This document shows positions 18,246 to 29,194 of a DNA stretch of 64,000 nucleotides, piece by piece; position 1 is the stretch's first letter; the number at the start of each line of letters is the position of its first letter. Position numbers and translations under genes: made by a program. The DNA is from Candidatus Hermodarchaeota archaeon (lineage in GTDB: Archaea; Asgardarchaeota; Hermodarchaeia; Hermodarchaeales; Hermodarchaeaceae): the NCBI GenBank assembly GCA_016840065.1, contig JAEOTB010000010.1, positions 12,342 to 76,341 on the forward strand. The letters run 5' to 3'. The notes under the pieces are model-generated. The model was not told where the DNA came from. It did no database searches and was given only the letters and a program-made list of their open reading frames with translations.

Positions 18246-20008
18246 CTACCAGAAGGGGGAGTGTCGGATTTATGTCTGTAAATGTATTTTCCGATAAACC
18301 GTTCCTGGCTTTTCAAGATTGGAGGAGACCAAGAGACTATAATGCCATTTTCTGCTTCTCTGATATTTGGTTCTGGAATTTCCTCGGGAACTGCAACATA
18401 TTCGAAACTCGGTGGAATGAGATCCCAAAGCTTGGGACGAGCGAGGCTAGACTCGCTCATATTGATAAATGTCAGAGTAACAGTTAATTCGCCCTTATTG
18501 GGGCCTGGTGATACAGTACGAGTTTTATGAAGTTTACGAAACGCTTTTTCTACTTTTAATGTCGGCGCAGTCAGTGCCAACAAAGTAGCACTAGCTGCAG
18601 GACCTGGGGGGAAGGTATTCGCCTCTACCGTCAGGGGAAGGATGTGTTCCTGTTCAGGTTCTGGTGTTCGAGCAATCGTTGTATACTTCACTATCATCTG
18701 CTCTCCAGGCTCGACAGCGACTTGTCTTTCAAACAAGTCAGTAACGTGGATAGTAACGACACGCTCTGTGGGTGAATCTCTCTTCTTAGGGCGAACAGTG
18801 ACTTTGATTTTCTGTGTAATCGGCTTCTCTTCTATCCAGACTTGAACCTGGACCTTATCTGGTGCATCAAAGCCAGCAGGAATCGTATCAAAGAAGGTAA
18901 CCTCGTTAAAGTTAGAGGTTCCGATGTTCTTTGCTTCAAGTGAAATAGCTACTGGGCTAGGCTCCCAAGCAGGCAATTCCGAAGGCCTAACGGTTTTATT
19001 ACATTCTATCCGTAAAACTGGGACACTGGCTTCTTCTTTCTCAACTGTCCCTACTAAACTCTGAACGATGGATGCCTCTACTCGATAGAAGGCGACAATA
19101 TCAAATTCGGGGTTCTCTTCCTTTGTATCAAACTCGTAACCCCAAAACTCTCCAGGTTCTAGCTTGTGATCCAGTGTTCCTTCAAAGAGTACCCTGCTGT
19201 CTGGGGCAGTCATGACCACTTGTATTCGTTCAATCCGGATAGGAAAATCACTAGTGTTCTTGAGTGTAGCATTGCAGCGCCAAATTCCTCGCCTAGTTGA
19301 ATCCTCTGTTTTCTCAATGTTTACCTCACACTCTGTAACTCCTCGCATTATTGGCATCAGTCGACTGCGACTTAGATTAGGAATATTGTAGGTAACATTG
19401 AGTTTTCCTGTTTGGACTGGTGTCGAGTCATCAGCGGTAAGGGTGGCCCGAACCAGCAGAATGGCTACACGCTCAGGTTCCAATTCCTTGATTGTCCATA
19501 CGACCTTTCCAGCTTGTTGATCGTACTCCATCATTCCAATAGGAATGTTCTGTGGTTCAACTCCCTTGAAAGCAGGGGGAATTGTTTTGGTTACCACGAT
19601 ATCCGAGATTTTCCCACCTGAACGGTTTCGAAGGGTGATGGTGAACTCGACAGGCATTGAATGCCCAAACACAAACGCTTTGTTTATCCCAGATCGCTCA
19701 TAACATGTGTCAACAACCTCGGACACGGAAAGCATCGGCACATCCAAATCCTTAATGATGAATTCCTTTTCCCATTCTCCGAGTGGATCAAGTTGACCGA
19801 TTTGAAATGAGTCAGTTCCAAGAGTGGACCTATTCGGGCTATTAGGTTCCATTTCAGCATCCCAAATTGATACCCGTCGCGACATATTGCGAACTGTCAC
19901 TCTCCCTCGTGGATCAAATCTAGAAATCGAATTGTCAGCATTTAAGACAGTATGTTCAAATTCTCTTATCTTAATAGTAAGCCCAATCGGTTCGTCCGCC
20001 ACGCCCAA
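18242..20008 (-). CDS. Large cytoplasmic protein built of repeated beta-sandwich (DUF11/CARDB-like) modules
   Basis: 588 aa with no signal peptide or TM segment. A signature recurs along the protein: x-N-x-S/G...V...D/K-x-I-P-x-x-F (ITLRNRSGGKISDIVVTKTIPPAF; LEAKNIGTSNFNEVTFFDTIPAGF; LTFINMSESSLARPKLWDLIPPSF). Confidence 0.5.
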   Translation of the reverse strand: MGVADEPIGLTIKIREFEHTVLNADNSISRFDPRGRVTVRNMSRRVSIWDAEMEPNSPNRSTLGTDSFQIGQLDPLGEWEKEFIIKDLDVPMLSVSEVVDTCYERSGINKAFVFGHSMPVEFTITLRNRSGGKISDIVVTKTIPPAFKGVEPQNIPIGMMEYDQQAGKVVWTIKELEPERVAILLVRATLTADDSTPVQTGKLNVTYNIPNLSRSRLMPIMRGVTECEVNIEKTEDSTRRGIWRCNATLKNTSDFPIRIERIQVVMTAPDSRVLFEGTLDHKLEPGEFWGYEFDTKEENPEFDIVAFYRVEASIVQSLVGTVEKEEASVPVLRIECNKTVRPSELPAWEPSPVAISLEAKNIGTSNFNEVTFFDTIPAGFDAPDKVQVQVWIEEKPITQKIKVTVRPKKRDSPTERVVTIHVTDLFERQVAVEPGEQMIVKYTTIARTPEPEQEHILPLTVEANTFPPGPAASATLLALTAPTLKVEKAFRKLHKTRTVSPGPNKGELTVTLTFINMSESSLARPKLWDLIPPSFEYVAVPEEIPEPNIREAENGIIVSWSPPILKSQERFIGKYIYRHKSDTPPSGS

Positions 20009-20086
20009 CGCTAATCACCCACTCACTACTAGTAGTTTTCTGACAGATTAATGTCTTTCTGGCATGGTAAATTATCCCTAAATTAA

Positions 20087-20503
20087 TTAAAAATGAAGGA
20101 GTGCGAGGTTGAAGGCGTTGTCTTGTAGTCTTCTCAGAGTCCCTGAGGCTTTTAGGAGGGTTAGCTCAGCCGTAGGATACACTAAACACCCCTCTAGAAG
20201 GTGTCCCCCTTGGGTGTTTCTCTGATAGCCTTTCAAGACGATGTGACCATGAACCACTACCTCTTCTTCACGTTGGGCAATATTACCTACACAAGAGAGT
20301 ATTTCTAAGGCGCGTACATCACCGAAACCGGGTTTGAATTTAACTAAGCGGTAAGTTCGCTTTGCAGGGTCATAGAACCCAACCTTTGCGGATTCAAGAG
20401 CGCCAATCAGGTTAAACATGCCTGCAGTTACGTTATATTCTTCTGCTAATGCTTTGATGCTAAGTAATACATCTTCACCAACATCAAGTCGTGCAACTAT
20501 CAT
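20087..20503 (-). CDS. PPC/DUF296 domain protein (PD1-like putative DNA-binding)
   Basis: MIVARLDVGEDVLLSIKALAEEYNV...GHIVL matches the DUF296 pattern. Start set at ATG 20503; the ORF extension to 20581 encodes an implausible hydrophobic leader. Confidence 0.65.
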   Translation of the reverse strand: MIVARLDVGEDVLLSIKALAEEYNVTAGMFNLIGALESAKVGFYDPAKRTYRLVKFKPGFGDVRALEILSCVGNIAQREEEVVVHGHIVLKGYQRNTQGGHLLEGCLVYPTAELTLLKASGTLRRLQDNAFNLALLHF

Positions 20504-20628
20504 TTCAGTTATAGGAAAACTAGAGCTTCGCAGATTAATCACCTGCACCAGGATTAGAATCAGATTTAGAAGAGAGCCCAAAGGCTAAAAACATAGGCGT
20601 TATATTTCGAATGTGGAAGCGATAGTCT

Positions 20629-23307
20629 GTGAGTGAAGATCTCACGTCCTGGATTCAGGGCACTAAACCTGAAGAGGAAAAACCTGCTAGTAACGAGTCT
20701 GGGCCTACCCCTGCTAGCAGACGCTCTTTATTACAGACTATCATGGAAAGTTTTTCAACTGAATCAATACGTCCTGACTGGTATCCTCGGGTCCCAAAAT
20801 CTGCGCTCCCTGGGGTTCTACTCAATATTGAATACGATGGTCAGACTGGCTTAGCAAAACTCAAACTGTATAACCCTAGCTCCATGAAAATTTATGAATG
20901 GCTTGACAACTCGGGGCATCATCCCTACTGTCTAACAGATTACAGCCGTAGTGAAATCGAAAAAATCAAGGATGTTATTGAACACAAGGGTTTCCTGAAA
21001 ATGGAGGAAACGACAAAAGTCATTCTTCTTCACGATAAAGAACAGAAACTCGTCTCTATTGTAGTAAGAGACCCACTTGCGATTGGCGGAAGGCGTGACT
21101 CTATCAGAGAGCATCTGGGGAGAGAGCACAGTTGGGAGGCAGATATCCGATACACAAAGTGTTATACCTATGACAGAGCGCTGACACCTGGTCTCTATTA
21201 TAAGATTAAAGAAGGCAACCTCCTTCCAGTTCCTCAGAAGTTTTCCGTACAAGACGCTAAAAGAATCAGAGGACTATTCGAAACAGGCTCTGAGGAATCC
21301 AAGCTAGTAGAAGAATACTTGCCTCTCTTCTTGTCTCCTGCCGCTTATTTGCCCCGACTTTCTCTTGACATTGAAGTTGAGTCTCCTATAGCTGATAGAA
21401 TTCCTGACCCCGTGGCAGCGGAGAATCCAGTCATCACGGTGGCTCTGTCAGATGACACTGGTACAGGTGTAGTGTTTCTACTCCTCCGAAGCAATGAACA
21501 AGATGCCAAAGAACCAAATTTGCCTGAAGGAGTCTCCCACAAATATTTCACTGAAGAGCGCCAGCTCCTTGAGGCGGTTTTCCACATTCTCTGGCGGACT
21601 CCCATTCTAGCTACATTTAACGGAGATAATTTCGATCTTCGATATCTAGTAAACCGCGCGAAAAGGTTTGGAATCCCTACATCCGATATTCCAATTCGTT
21701 TGCGCCAAGGATTGGGTAGTAATTTCGAAGCCCACCTGAAATATGGCGTTCATATTGACCTTTATCGGTTCTTCAATAATAGATCAATCCAGATCTACGC
21801 TTTCCGTAATCGCTATCGTGAATTTCGTTTAGAGGATATCAGCCAGGCCCTTCTGGGTGAAGGAAAACGCGAGCTTCCCGACTTGATTAGCCGCCTCCCC
21901 CCCGATATTCTCGCAGATTACTGCTGGCAGGACACGCATCTTACTATGAAACTCACCCAATTCGACAATAATCTAGTCCTCAGCCTTATTTTGCTTCTAA
22001 TGCGAGTATCACACCAAGGGTTGCATGATCTCACACGTTCAGCAGTATCCAATTGGATTCGCAGCCTCCTTTACTACTCCCACCGACAGCGGGGTTACCT
22101 CATCCCACGAAAAGAGGAAATCGAAGCTCTGAAAGGAAAAGCTACCACCGAGGCGGTAATCAAGGGTAGAAAATACCTAGGAGCTATCGTCGTCGAACCT
22201 GTGGCAGGACTCCACTTCGATGTCACAGTCGTAGATTTCGCATCCTTGTATCCCAGTATTATGAAGGCATATAACATAAGTTACGAAACAGTGCGATGTA
22301 CTCATCCTGAATGTCGTAGCAACGAGGTGCCGGGCACTTCTCACTGGATATGTACCAAACGAAAGGGTCTCACAAGTCTCATCATAGGAATTATCCGCGA
22401 TGTACGCGTTGAACACTTCAAACCCCGCTCGAAAGACAAAACTATGACAGAAACACAACGAAGCTGGTACAGCGTCGTAGAACAAGCCCTAAAGGTCTTT
22501 CTCAACGCGTCCTATGGTGTCATTGGGGCCGCCCACTTTCCTCTCTATTGCGCTCCTGCAGCTGAATCTATTACTGCGTACGGCCGGTATGCCATTACGG
22601 AGACTATCAAACAGGCTGAGTCACTCGGAGTTACCGTTCTGTACGGAGATACGGACAGCCTGTTCTTGGCGAAGCCGACAAAGGAGCAGCTGCGTAAGCT
22701 CATAGACTATAGCGAGCAGGCATTACGAGTAGAGTTGGATGTCGAGAAGGAATATCGATATCTCGCTCTTTCGAGCCGGAAGAAGAACTATCTCGGAGTG
22801 ACTAAGTCTGGTCACGTGGATATCAAGGGTTTAACTGGTAAGAAGCGGAACACGCCGCTCTTCCTTCAGAAGGCGTTTATGCAGATGGTTGATATTCTCC
22901 GCCAGGTTCAAACACCAAGAGATTTCTCAACTGCGAAAGATAGGATTCTACGACTTGCACGCGAACACCTAGCCAGACTAGAACGCCGGGAGTATCCTAT
23001 TGAGGAACTGGCTATTCGAATGCAGATAACCAAACCCCTTGAAAGCTACGTAAAGACAACTCCCCAGCATGTCAAAGCTGCTCGCCAACTCCAGGATGCT
23101 GGACGAGACGTATCCGCCGGTGACATTATCGCTTTCGTCAAGACCGTTGGTGGTGTCAAACCAGTAGAACAGGCATCCATTCAAGATGTCGATATTGCGA
23201 AATACAAGGATTTAGTGAAAAGCACCTTCGAGCAGGTACTAGATGCTCTTGGAATCGAGTGGGTTGAAACCATCGGAATCCGTACGCTCGATACGTTCTT
23301 CGGATAA
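20629..23307 (+). CDS. polB: Family B DNA polymerase
   Basis: Exo I LSLDIEVES, motif A DFASLYPSI, motif B KVFLNASYG, motif C YGDTDSLF. No intein-sized insertion. Confidence 0.95.
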   Translation: MSEDLTSWIQGTKPEEEKPASNESGPTPASRRSLLQTIMESFSTESIRPDWYPRVPKSALPGVLLNIEYDGQTGLAKLKLYNPSSMKIYEWLDNSGHHPYCLTDYSRSEIEKIKDVIEHKGFLKMEETTKVILLHDKEQKLVSIVVRDPLAIGGRRDSIREHLGREHSWEADIRYTKCYTYDRALTPGLYYKIKEGNLLPVPQKFSVQDAKRIRGLFETGSEESKLVEEYLPLFLSPAAYLPRLSLDIEVESPIADRIPDPVAAENPVITVALSDDTGTGVVFLLLRSNEQDAKEPNLPEGVSHKYFTEERQLLEAVFHILWRTPILATFNGDNFDLRYLVNRAKRFGIPTSDIPIRLRQGLGSNFEAHLKYGVHIDLYRFFNNRSIQIYAFRNRYREFRLEDISQALLGEGKRELPDLISRLPPDILADYCWQDTHLTMKLTQFDNNLVLSLILLLMRVSHQGLHDLTRSAVSNWIRSLLYYSHRQRGYLIPRKEEIEALKGKATTEAVIKGRKYLGAIVVEPVAGLHFDVTVVDFASLYPSIMKAYNISYETVRCTHPECRSNEVPGTSHWICTKRKGLTSLIIGIIRDVRVEHFKPRSKDKTMTETQRSWYSVVEQALKVFLNASYGVIGAAHFPLYCAPAAESITAYGRYAITETIKQAESLGVTVLYGDTDSLFLAKPTKEQLRKLIDYSEQALRVELDVEKEYRYLALSSRKKNYLGVTKSGHVDIKGLTGKKRNTPLFLQKAFMQMVDILRQVQTPRDFSTAKDRILRLAREHLARLERREYPIEELAIRMQITKPLESYVKTTPQHVKAARQLQDAGRDVSAGDIIAFVKTVGGVKPVEQASIQDVDIAKYKDLVKSTFEQVLDALGIEWVETIGIRTLDTFFG

Positions 23308-23413
23308 TCTGTGATAACTTTGAAAGTGCTTTCGCACTAATCTATTGATAGGTAACTTTATCATTAATCTTGTACACTTCTTTCTAGGAGATTCTATAGG
23401 AGTTGATGTTTAA

Positions 23414-24421
23414 TTGGAGCTCCGAGATTTATTGGTACGCGGCATAAACCCAATCTTAAATCCCCATGGATTGAACTCTAGTCTTGATGAGTTTCTTTCT
23501 GTTTATGGCGGTGGATACCTAAAAAACATCACATCAGTTGTCAAAGATGTAACTGGCCGCACTTATTACTTGAGTAAAATGGCGCCGGCTGACGAGAAGT
23601 ATCCCTCTTTCTTCACCGACCTTCTAGATGCAGCCGAATCAATTGGGTTTGTAGTTAGTGCCTACGTCAACGTTTTCGCTGATACGTTCTATGCTACAGA
23701 TACAAGGTTTGCAGCTCATCGTGGTAATGGTCAAGGTCTCGAAGTGTTTGTATGTCCGAACAAACCCGAATTTCACAAACACATGATTACAGTCGTGAAA
23801 GAAGTAGCAAAATACCCAATTCCAAGGCTTTTCCTAGGGAATCTGGGTTATGCTAGAAAAGACTGTTGTGTATGCGAGGATTGTCGCGCTGAATTTTCTA
23901 AGTATCTTGGTATTCGATATGAATTAGAAGGACCAAGTGCAATGGACCAAGAACAATATCAGAAGTGGGTTTTCTGGCGTCTGATGAAGATTAATGATAT
24001 TGTACAACGTCTTGTAGAGGCAGCGAAGGAAGTGAATCGCGATTTGGACGTTATTCCTACTTTTCCCGTTGACTCTGAACTAGGTTTCTTGGAGAATTTC
24101 AAGACAGGGTTTGGCATAGACATTCAAACTATAGCAAGAACCGCCAATCATTTGGCTCTTGAAATAAGCCCCTACACACCTATTCTACCCGATCCTGATG
24201 GTCCTGAATTCACTAAATTTGTAGATAATCTAAGTTTCATTTCAGACCTTCGCAGTGAAGGAGTTGACATCCATATTATTCATGGGGTCCTAGAGAATGA
24301 GGAGGAATATAGCCACGCAAAAGCACTCGCTGAAGCAGTTGGACTTAGGCAATTCTATACTCAGATGACTTATCCTCCTAGGTTTCGAACACTCCGTGAG
24401 GAAAGGCTAGGGCTCCGCTAA
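23414..24421 (+). CDS. Hypothetical TIM-barrel glycoside-hydrolase-like (GHL10-type) protein
   Basis: VCPNKPEFHKHMITVVKEVAKY...CCVCEDCRAEFSKYLG resembles the GHL10/DUF187 signature (CP..P.....E..C.C..C...F). No signal peptide. Confidence 0.4.
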   Translation: MELRDLLVRGINPILNPHGLNSSLDEFLSVYGGGYLKNITSVVKDVTGRTYYLSKMAPADEKYPSFFTDLLDAAESIGFVVSAYVNVFADTFYATDTRFAAHRGNGQGLEVFVCPNKPEFHKHMITVVKEVAKYPIPRLFLGNLGYARKDCCVCEDCRAEFSKYLGIRYELEGPSAMDQEQYQKWVFWRLMKINDIVQRLVEAAKEVNRDLDVIPTFPVDSELGFLENFKTGFGIDIQTIARTANHLALEISPYTPILPDPDGPEFTKFVDNLSFISDLRSEGVDIHIIHGVLENEEEYSHAKALAEAVGLRQFYTQMTYPPRFRTLREERLGLR

Positions 24422-24437
24422 ATCGGGGCGAAAGATT

Positions 24438-25076
24438 ATGACAGAAGCAATTTCTCGACTCGAAGAACTTTACCGTTGGCTAATAAGTGCAGAAGTAACT
24501 ACGAAACAAGAAATGGCAGCAAAAGCTGAAATTCTCTCCCTTCTTCCTCAAGTCAAAGCTGCGATACATTCAGAAGATTCACCTGAAGCAAGACAACTAG
24601 CTGAGAAGTTTGAGAAACTCCATGAACATATCACCCGATGGAATCCACTAACAGCTTGGTTCCGCGATGATGAAGTCATTGGGGAAATCTTCTTTGAACT
24701 CCTCTCAAAAGTTCGGCTCATGTTGATTAGGCAGCAAGGTTCATCCTCTGGCCAATCAGCTTTAGTTACTGAGAGTCTGGAGTCAATACGCCAGACTGTC
24801 ACTCAGCTTGCGGCTCGCGTTGATGAGCTTCAGAGTACGATGAAGATTATTCGTGAAATCATATCTCCAACCGAGGAGCAATGGCAGTTATACCAACGCA
24901 TCGTAGGGTTATCTAACCGAGCCAATGAGCTAGAGCGCCGCATTGCAGAATTTGAATCCGGTGATGCTCCAAAAACCGAAGCTGATAGAGCAAGGATTGT
25001 AAAATGGAAAGAGGGTTTCCAAAAGCTGAATAAGCAAATTATCGCACTACGTAAACTGGCACTTCAAAGCAGATAA
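24438..25076 (+). CDS. Hypothetical coiled-coil protein
   Basis: 212-aa helical ORF, 16 nt downstream of the preceding gene. Confidence 0.45.
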   Translation: MTEAISRLEELYRWLISAEVTTKQEMAAKAEILSLLPQVKAAIHSEDSPEARQLAEKFEKLHEHITRWNPLTAWFRDDEVIGEIFFELLSKVRLMLIRQQGSSSGQSALVTESLESIRQTVTQLAARVDELQSTMKIIREIISPTEEQWQLYQRIVGLSNRANELERRIAEFESGDAPKTEADRARIVKWKEGFQKLNKQIIALRKLALQSR

Positions 25077-25111
25077 GCCTACTAAACGCCTTCTCATTCT
25101 CGGGAAATCTG

Positions 25112-25918
25112 TTATTTCTGACTCCTTCTACAACGAGTGCAGAAATCAACTCCCACTCGCAAATCCTGTCCACAATGAACACAAAAACGGTGGAAAGTAC
25201 CAGTGGTTGAGCTAGGTGCAGTTGAATGTGTAGGGTGTTCGTGTCTTTGTTCCTCTTTGGCATATCTTCGCTTTGGGGTAAATGGTGCCTGTGGGGTGGT
25301 TCTATCACGAGAGGCGCTAGCAGTTCCGGAATGATGCTTATAACCACCGGAGCTGCTCTCAAAAAGACCACCAATATCGATTATAGTGTCTGAAGTTTTT
25401 GAGTGATGGGGTGCCGTGTGAGTGCTACCTCTTTCGTGATGAGTAGCTTGTGCTGACCAACCTCGTCTAGTTTCAAGGCTTCTCTCACCCGTTGCTACTG
25501 CTGCAGAATGAGGAGTTGGTTGAGGTGCTGGTTGAATTAGTATTTCGTGGGGCCATCTCCGCTCCGCTGAATGTAAGAAGCGCTGATGACACTCTTGTTG
25601 AATCGAACTGTATTCATCCTTACTCATTCCTAACAGCTGGAGTGCATCATCTCTAAGGCGACATTCTCGGGAAAGATCGCAACAAAAAGCAAGACTCCCG
25701 AAACAGGTGACTGACATGGCCTGAGCAGCTGATATCTTTGTGAGAGGGCGAATACGATGATTCCCGATGAAAAGCACGCCACCAACATCGCGTACTTGTG
25801 TCATTGCCTGCTCTTCTAGAGCACTTATGACCTCTCTAGCAGAATAGGCTTGTCCATTAATGATAACAAGTCCTCGCCGCTGATACTGACCCATAATTAT
25901 CTGAACCTCCGCTCCCAA
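25112..25918 (-). CDS. Hypothetical protein with a His/Ser/Thr-rich disordered region and a C-terminal zinc ribbon
   Basis: C-terminal CVHCGQDLRVGVDFCTRC. The N-terminal roughly 120 aa is globular and of unknown family. Confidence 0.45.
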   Translation of the reverse strand: MGAEVQIIMGQYQRRGLVIINGQAYSAREVISALEEQAMTQVRDVGGVLFIGNHRIRPLTKISAAQAMSVTCFGSLAFCCDLSRECRLRDDALQLLGMSKDEYSSIQQECHQRFLHSAERRWPHEILIQPAPQPTPHSAAVATGERSLETRRGWSAQATHHERGSTHTAPHHSKTSDTIIDIGGLFESSSGGYKHHSGTASASRDRTTPQAPFTPKRRYAKEEQRHEHPTHSTAPSSTTGTFHRFCVHCGQDLRVGVDFCTRCRRSQK

Positions 25919-26089
25919 AGAAGGCGACTTAATTCTTTAATTTTACCTATCGTTGAAATAGGTGTAGAGCCTCTGAAACATCGTTTTAAGAATGCAAAAA
26001 CTGGGAATATCACTGTTTATTAGGTTTGTGCGCCCTTTCATCACAGAAAACCTTTAAGCTAAAGGGGAAAAACTCGCGTTGAGAAAGAA

Positions 26090-26278
26090 ATGACTATTGT
26101 CACGTGCCCGAAATGCCAATTCCGATTTGATACAACGTACGGTCGTGCTATGGCCTGTGGGGGTTGTCCATCAGCCACATTGGGCAATTGTGGGCATGCT
26201 AAATGTCCAAAATGCCAGCACGAATTCTCACTAGATACACAATCAGAAGGAACAACATATGGACGCCGCGTCACATGA
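26090..26278 (+). CDS. Small zinc-ribbon protein
   Basis: 62 aa with CPKC...CGGC...CGHAKCPKC. The antisense ORF 26059-26307 looks spurious. Confidence 0.4.
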   Translation: MTIVTCPKCQFRFDTTYGRAMACGGCPSATLGNCGHAKCPKCQHEFSLDTQSEGTTYGRRVT

Positions 26279-26299
26279 TATACTTTCTCTATTCTCTGC

Positions 26300-29194
26300 T
26301 TAAACAAGATAAAGGGCTGGACGTCCAGGCAGTGCCTTAGATGCGCGGTTCTCAGGATCTTCCGATGGATTATCCGAATCTTGGATAATTACAGTAAGTC
26401 CAGTTTCGGATTGGATGAGGTCAATGCTATCGGAAAGTGCCTGTAGCTCAGTAGCTTTGTCCGCGAAAGTCCAGAAGCCACCAGCTTTAGCGACAGCTTT
26501 AACAAGTTCGCCAATATCCTTTCCTCTCTCACGATGGTCTGGATCTGACATCAATACTGGCATTAGGTCCTTGATAGTTAGAGGTTTTTGTGAGGCATGA
26601 AGTTTTGAAAGGGCATCAAACTTCCAACTTGGACTAGTGTAGATGTGTACAGTTTTTGGTTGTTTGCTTTTGAGTAAACCCTTGACTTCCTTAATGTCAG
26701 CGATTGTCTGTAAAACTACCTCAATAGCTTTCTCCACTTTTTCGTCTTGGAATTGTTTTTCAACACCTGGCCATGACTCAAGTGAAATGAATGAGATGTT
26801 ACCCATTCTCTCCCAAATCTCTTCGCAAAGATGAGGAATGACTGGTGATAGAAGCTTCACCCATCTTTCAGCTACATAGCGTAGAACTTTGTTTCGCTCA
26901 GGTTCATTGTTCTTCATTCTACGTTGGTAATACTCAACATGATTTTGGAGCTTGAAGAAAGCTTCTAGAATGTAGGTTCGGAATCGATACTGTTCTAAGG
27001 CTTCTGTGGCTATATCGATTATTGTATTGACCTTAGATAGAAGCCATCGACTCGTGAGATTCAAACTTGCTGGCTCTAACGAAGCGAGTTCAATCTTAGT
27101 ACTTGAGACAAGTGTGCGAACTAGCCGGTTCAGCCTTCGACGAATAGTAACTACTTCTTTGTCGCGCCAATCAATCAAGGTCGCTAAATCGCCTATCTGA
27201 CTGATGTATAGTCGGAAAAGATCAGCAGAATAACGCTTGGGAATCTCGGCCATCGGTATTACATTGCCCTTGCTCTTACTCATCTTCCTGCCTTCTAGAA
27301 TTACAAATTCGTTCAACGTTATTGTCTTTGGCCAGTGGCGTTCAGGGAAAATGGCTGTATGATGATAGATGAAGAAGGAAAGATGATTCGGTATGTGGTC
27401 ATATGCGGTGTGGCGGTGCTCGTTTGGATACCAGTACTCAACTTCATTTCGCATAGTTTCAAGTAACGAGGGAGGTATTTTTGTTTGCTTTGCTACTTTG
27501 TCGATTTCTCCTTCTCCTAGCAATACAAAATCGAAGAATCCTTGGGTTAACTGGTCTGCCTTGATTCTATGCTCGCGTAAGTGATGGATGATAAGGTAGA
27601 AGCTCATATAGATTGTTGAGTCTGAGAGGGATTCGATTATCCAGCGCTTATCGAAGGGAAATGGTGTGCCTAGTCCGCGTCTACGGGCACAAGGTCGTTC
27701 CCCAAGCCAATCGAATGTTGTCTCAAAAAGGCGCCTATAGCTTTCAGGAAATATTACCATCTGTTCTAAGGCTGAAGTCGCTTGTTCCTTCCATTCGGGG
27801 TCGCCGTAATTTATGAACCATTGATCTTGTAGTACTGCGACAATCGCATCAGTGCCGCAGCGGCAGATTACAGGTTTTCGATCAGGCTGGTAGAATCGAA
27901 AGGCTCGATTCTGCTCCTCTAAATATGCGATGACATCATCCTTGATTTCATTAACGCGGCGTCCGGCGAATGGTCCACAGTTGTCTTTCATGGTGCCTCC
28001 GTAATATTCAGCTTTGTATAGGATTTCGGTGGCTTCCTCTAATTTATCTGCCTCTTCTTGGCTAGTGATTTTCATCTTCTCTACAATCTCTACTGCAGGG
28101 TGTTCGCCATACCCTTCAACAGTAATTATCGAGATTGGCTGAATTGACCTAGTTGCATAGGTACCAAGCTTGAAACTTCGTATCCTCTTGACATCTGCTT
28201 GAAGGTCACGAAGCGCCGCCCAATCAAAAGGCGCATGTGAAGGGACACTGTAGACGACGCCTGTTGCATTCTCAGGGTCTACAAAATCGGCAGGAAGAAT
28301 CGGAATATCTCGGTCTTCAACCGGAGATGAGCAGGATTTTCCAATGAACTTCTGTCCTAAATGTTCGGATACGTGTACTACTTTATGGCCTTGTTTGCGT
28401 AGCTTGTTTATTGCGGGTTTGGCTATATACCAATACTCCTCTCCAACTTTGATTTTTACAATAATGCTTTTCGGGTTCACCCAGATGTTGGTCAACCCAT
28501 AAACAGTTTCAGGGCGAAGAGTAGCAGCCACTAGAAAACCATCATTAAAAGGAAATTTGATGGCTACGAACTCTGATATCTTGGCATGCTCGCCTTCTAA
28601 AAGATCATCCTCGCCTACTGCATTGTTACAGGATGGGCAATAGAGAATTGGGTAAGCACCTTTGGTGATATATCCTCGCTTCTTCAACTTGTTGAACTGC
28701 CAAGTAACGAAGGCATGATACTCTGGGTCGTTTGTTGTGAATTTCCTCCGCCAATCAACCGAATATCCCACCTTACGGAAGTCTCTTTCAATGTTTCCAC
28801 TGAAAAACCGTGCTATGGACATGGGGTCAGTGAAAGAACCAAGAATCGTCTCAACTTCTTTCTTAGGGCGATAAAGCCTGATGTGCCCACGATACTCCTT
28901 CAAGATAGTGGGGTCCTTGTCCTGGATACGTCTAGCGACACCGAAAACTGGAGTACCAGTTACATGTGCAGCCATTGGCCAAAGGACATTGAAGCCACGC
29001 ATGCGTTTGTAACGTGCAATGATATCACCAATAGTATATGGGCGACCATGACCCACATGTAGTGGTGCGTTAGCATATGGATAAGGCACCGTTATGTAAA
29101 ACTTAGGTCGTTGTGGGTCTGGATCTGCTAGGAATGCCTCAGCTTCACGCCAACGCATCTGCCACTTCGGTTCAATATCCTTAAAGTCAATCAA
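26300..29194 (-). CDS. leuS: Leucyl-tRNA synthetase (archaeal/eukaryotic type)
   Basis: 964 aa with the class I HVGH motif (NAPLHVGHGRPY), KMSKS, and a CP1 editing insertion. Confidence 0.95.
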   Translation of the reverse strand: MIDFKDIEPKWQMRWREAEAFLADPDPQRPKFYITVPYPYANAPLHVGHGRPYTIGDIIARYKRMRGFNVLWPMAAHVTGTPVFGVARRIQDKDPTILKEYRGHIRLYRPKKEVETILGSFTDPMSIARFFSGNIERDFRKVGYSVDWRRKFTTNDPEYHAFVTWQFNKLKKRGYITKGAYPILYCPSCNNAVGEDDLLEGEHAKISEFVAIKFPFNDGFLVAATLRPETVYGLTNIWVNPKSIIVKIKVGEEYWYIAKPAINKLRKQGHKVVHVSEHLGQKFIGKSCSSPVEDRDIPILPADFVDPENATGVVYSVPSHAPFDWAALRDLQADVKRIRSFKLGTYATRSIQPISIITVEGYGEHPAVEIVEKMKITSQEEADKLEEATEILYKAEYYGGTMKDNCGPFAGRRVNEIKDDVIAYLEEQNRAFRFYQPDRKPVICRCGTDAIVAVLQDQWFINYGDPEWKEQATSALEQMVIFPESYRRLFETTFDWLGERPCARRRGLGTPFPFDKRWIIESLSDSTIYMSFYLIIHHLREHRIKADQLTQGFFDFVLLGEGEIDKVAKQTKIPPSLLETMRNEVEYWYPNEHRHTAYDHIPNHLSFFIYHHTAIFPERHWPKTITLNEFVILEGRKMSKSKGNVIPMAEIPKRYSADLFRLYISQIGDLATLIDWRDKEVVTIRRRLNRLVRTLVSSTKIELASLEPASLNLTSRWLLSKVNTIIDIATEALEQYRFRTYILEAFFKLQNHVEYYQRRMKNNEPERNKVLRYVAERWVKLLSPVIPHLCEEIWERMGNISFISLESWPGVEKQFQDEKVEKAIEVVLQTIADIKEVKGLLKSKQPKTVHIYTSPSWKFDALSKLHASQKPLTIKDLMPVLMSDPDHRERGKDIGELVKAVAKAGGFWTFADKATELQALSDSIDLIQSETGLTVIIQDSDNPSEDPENRASKALPGRPALYLV

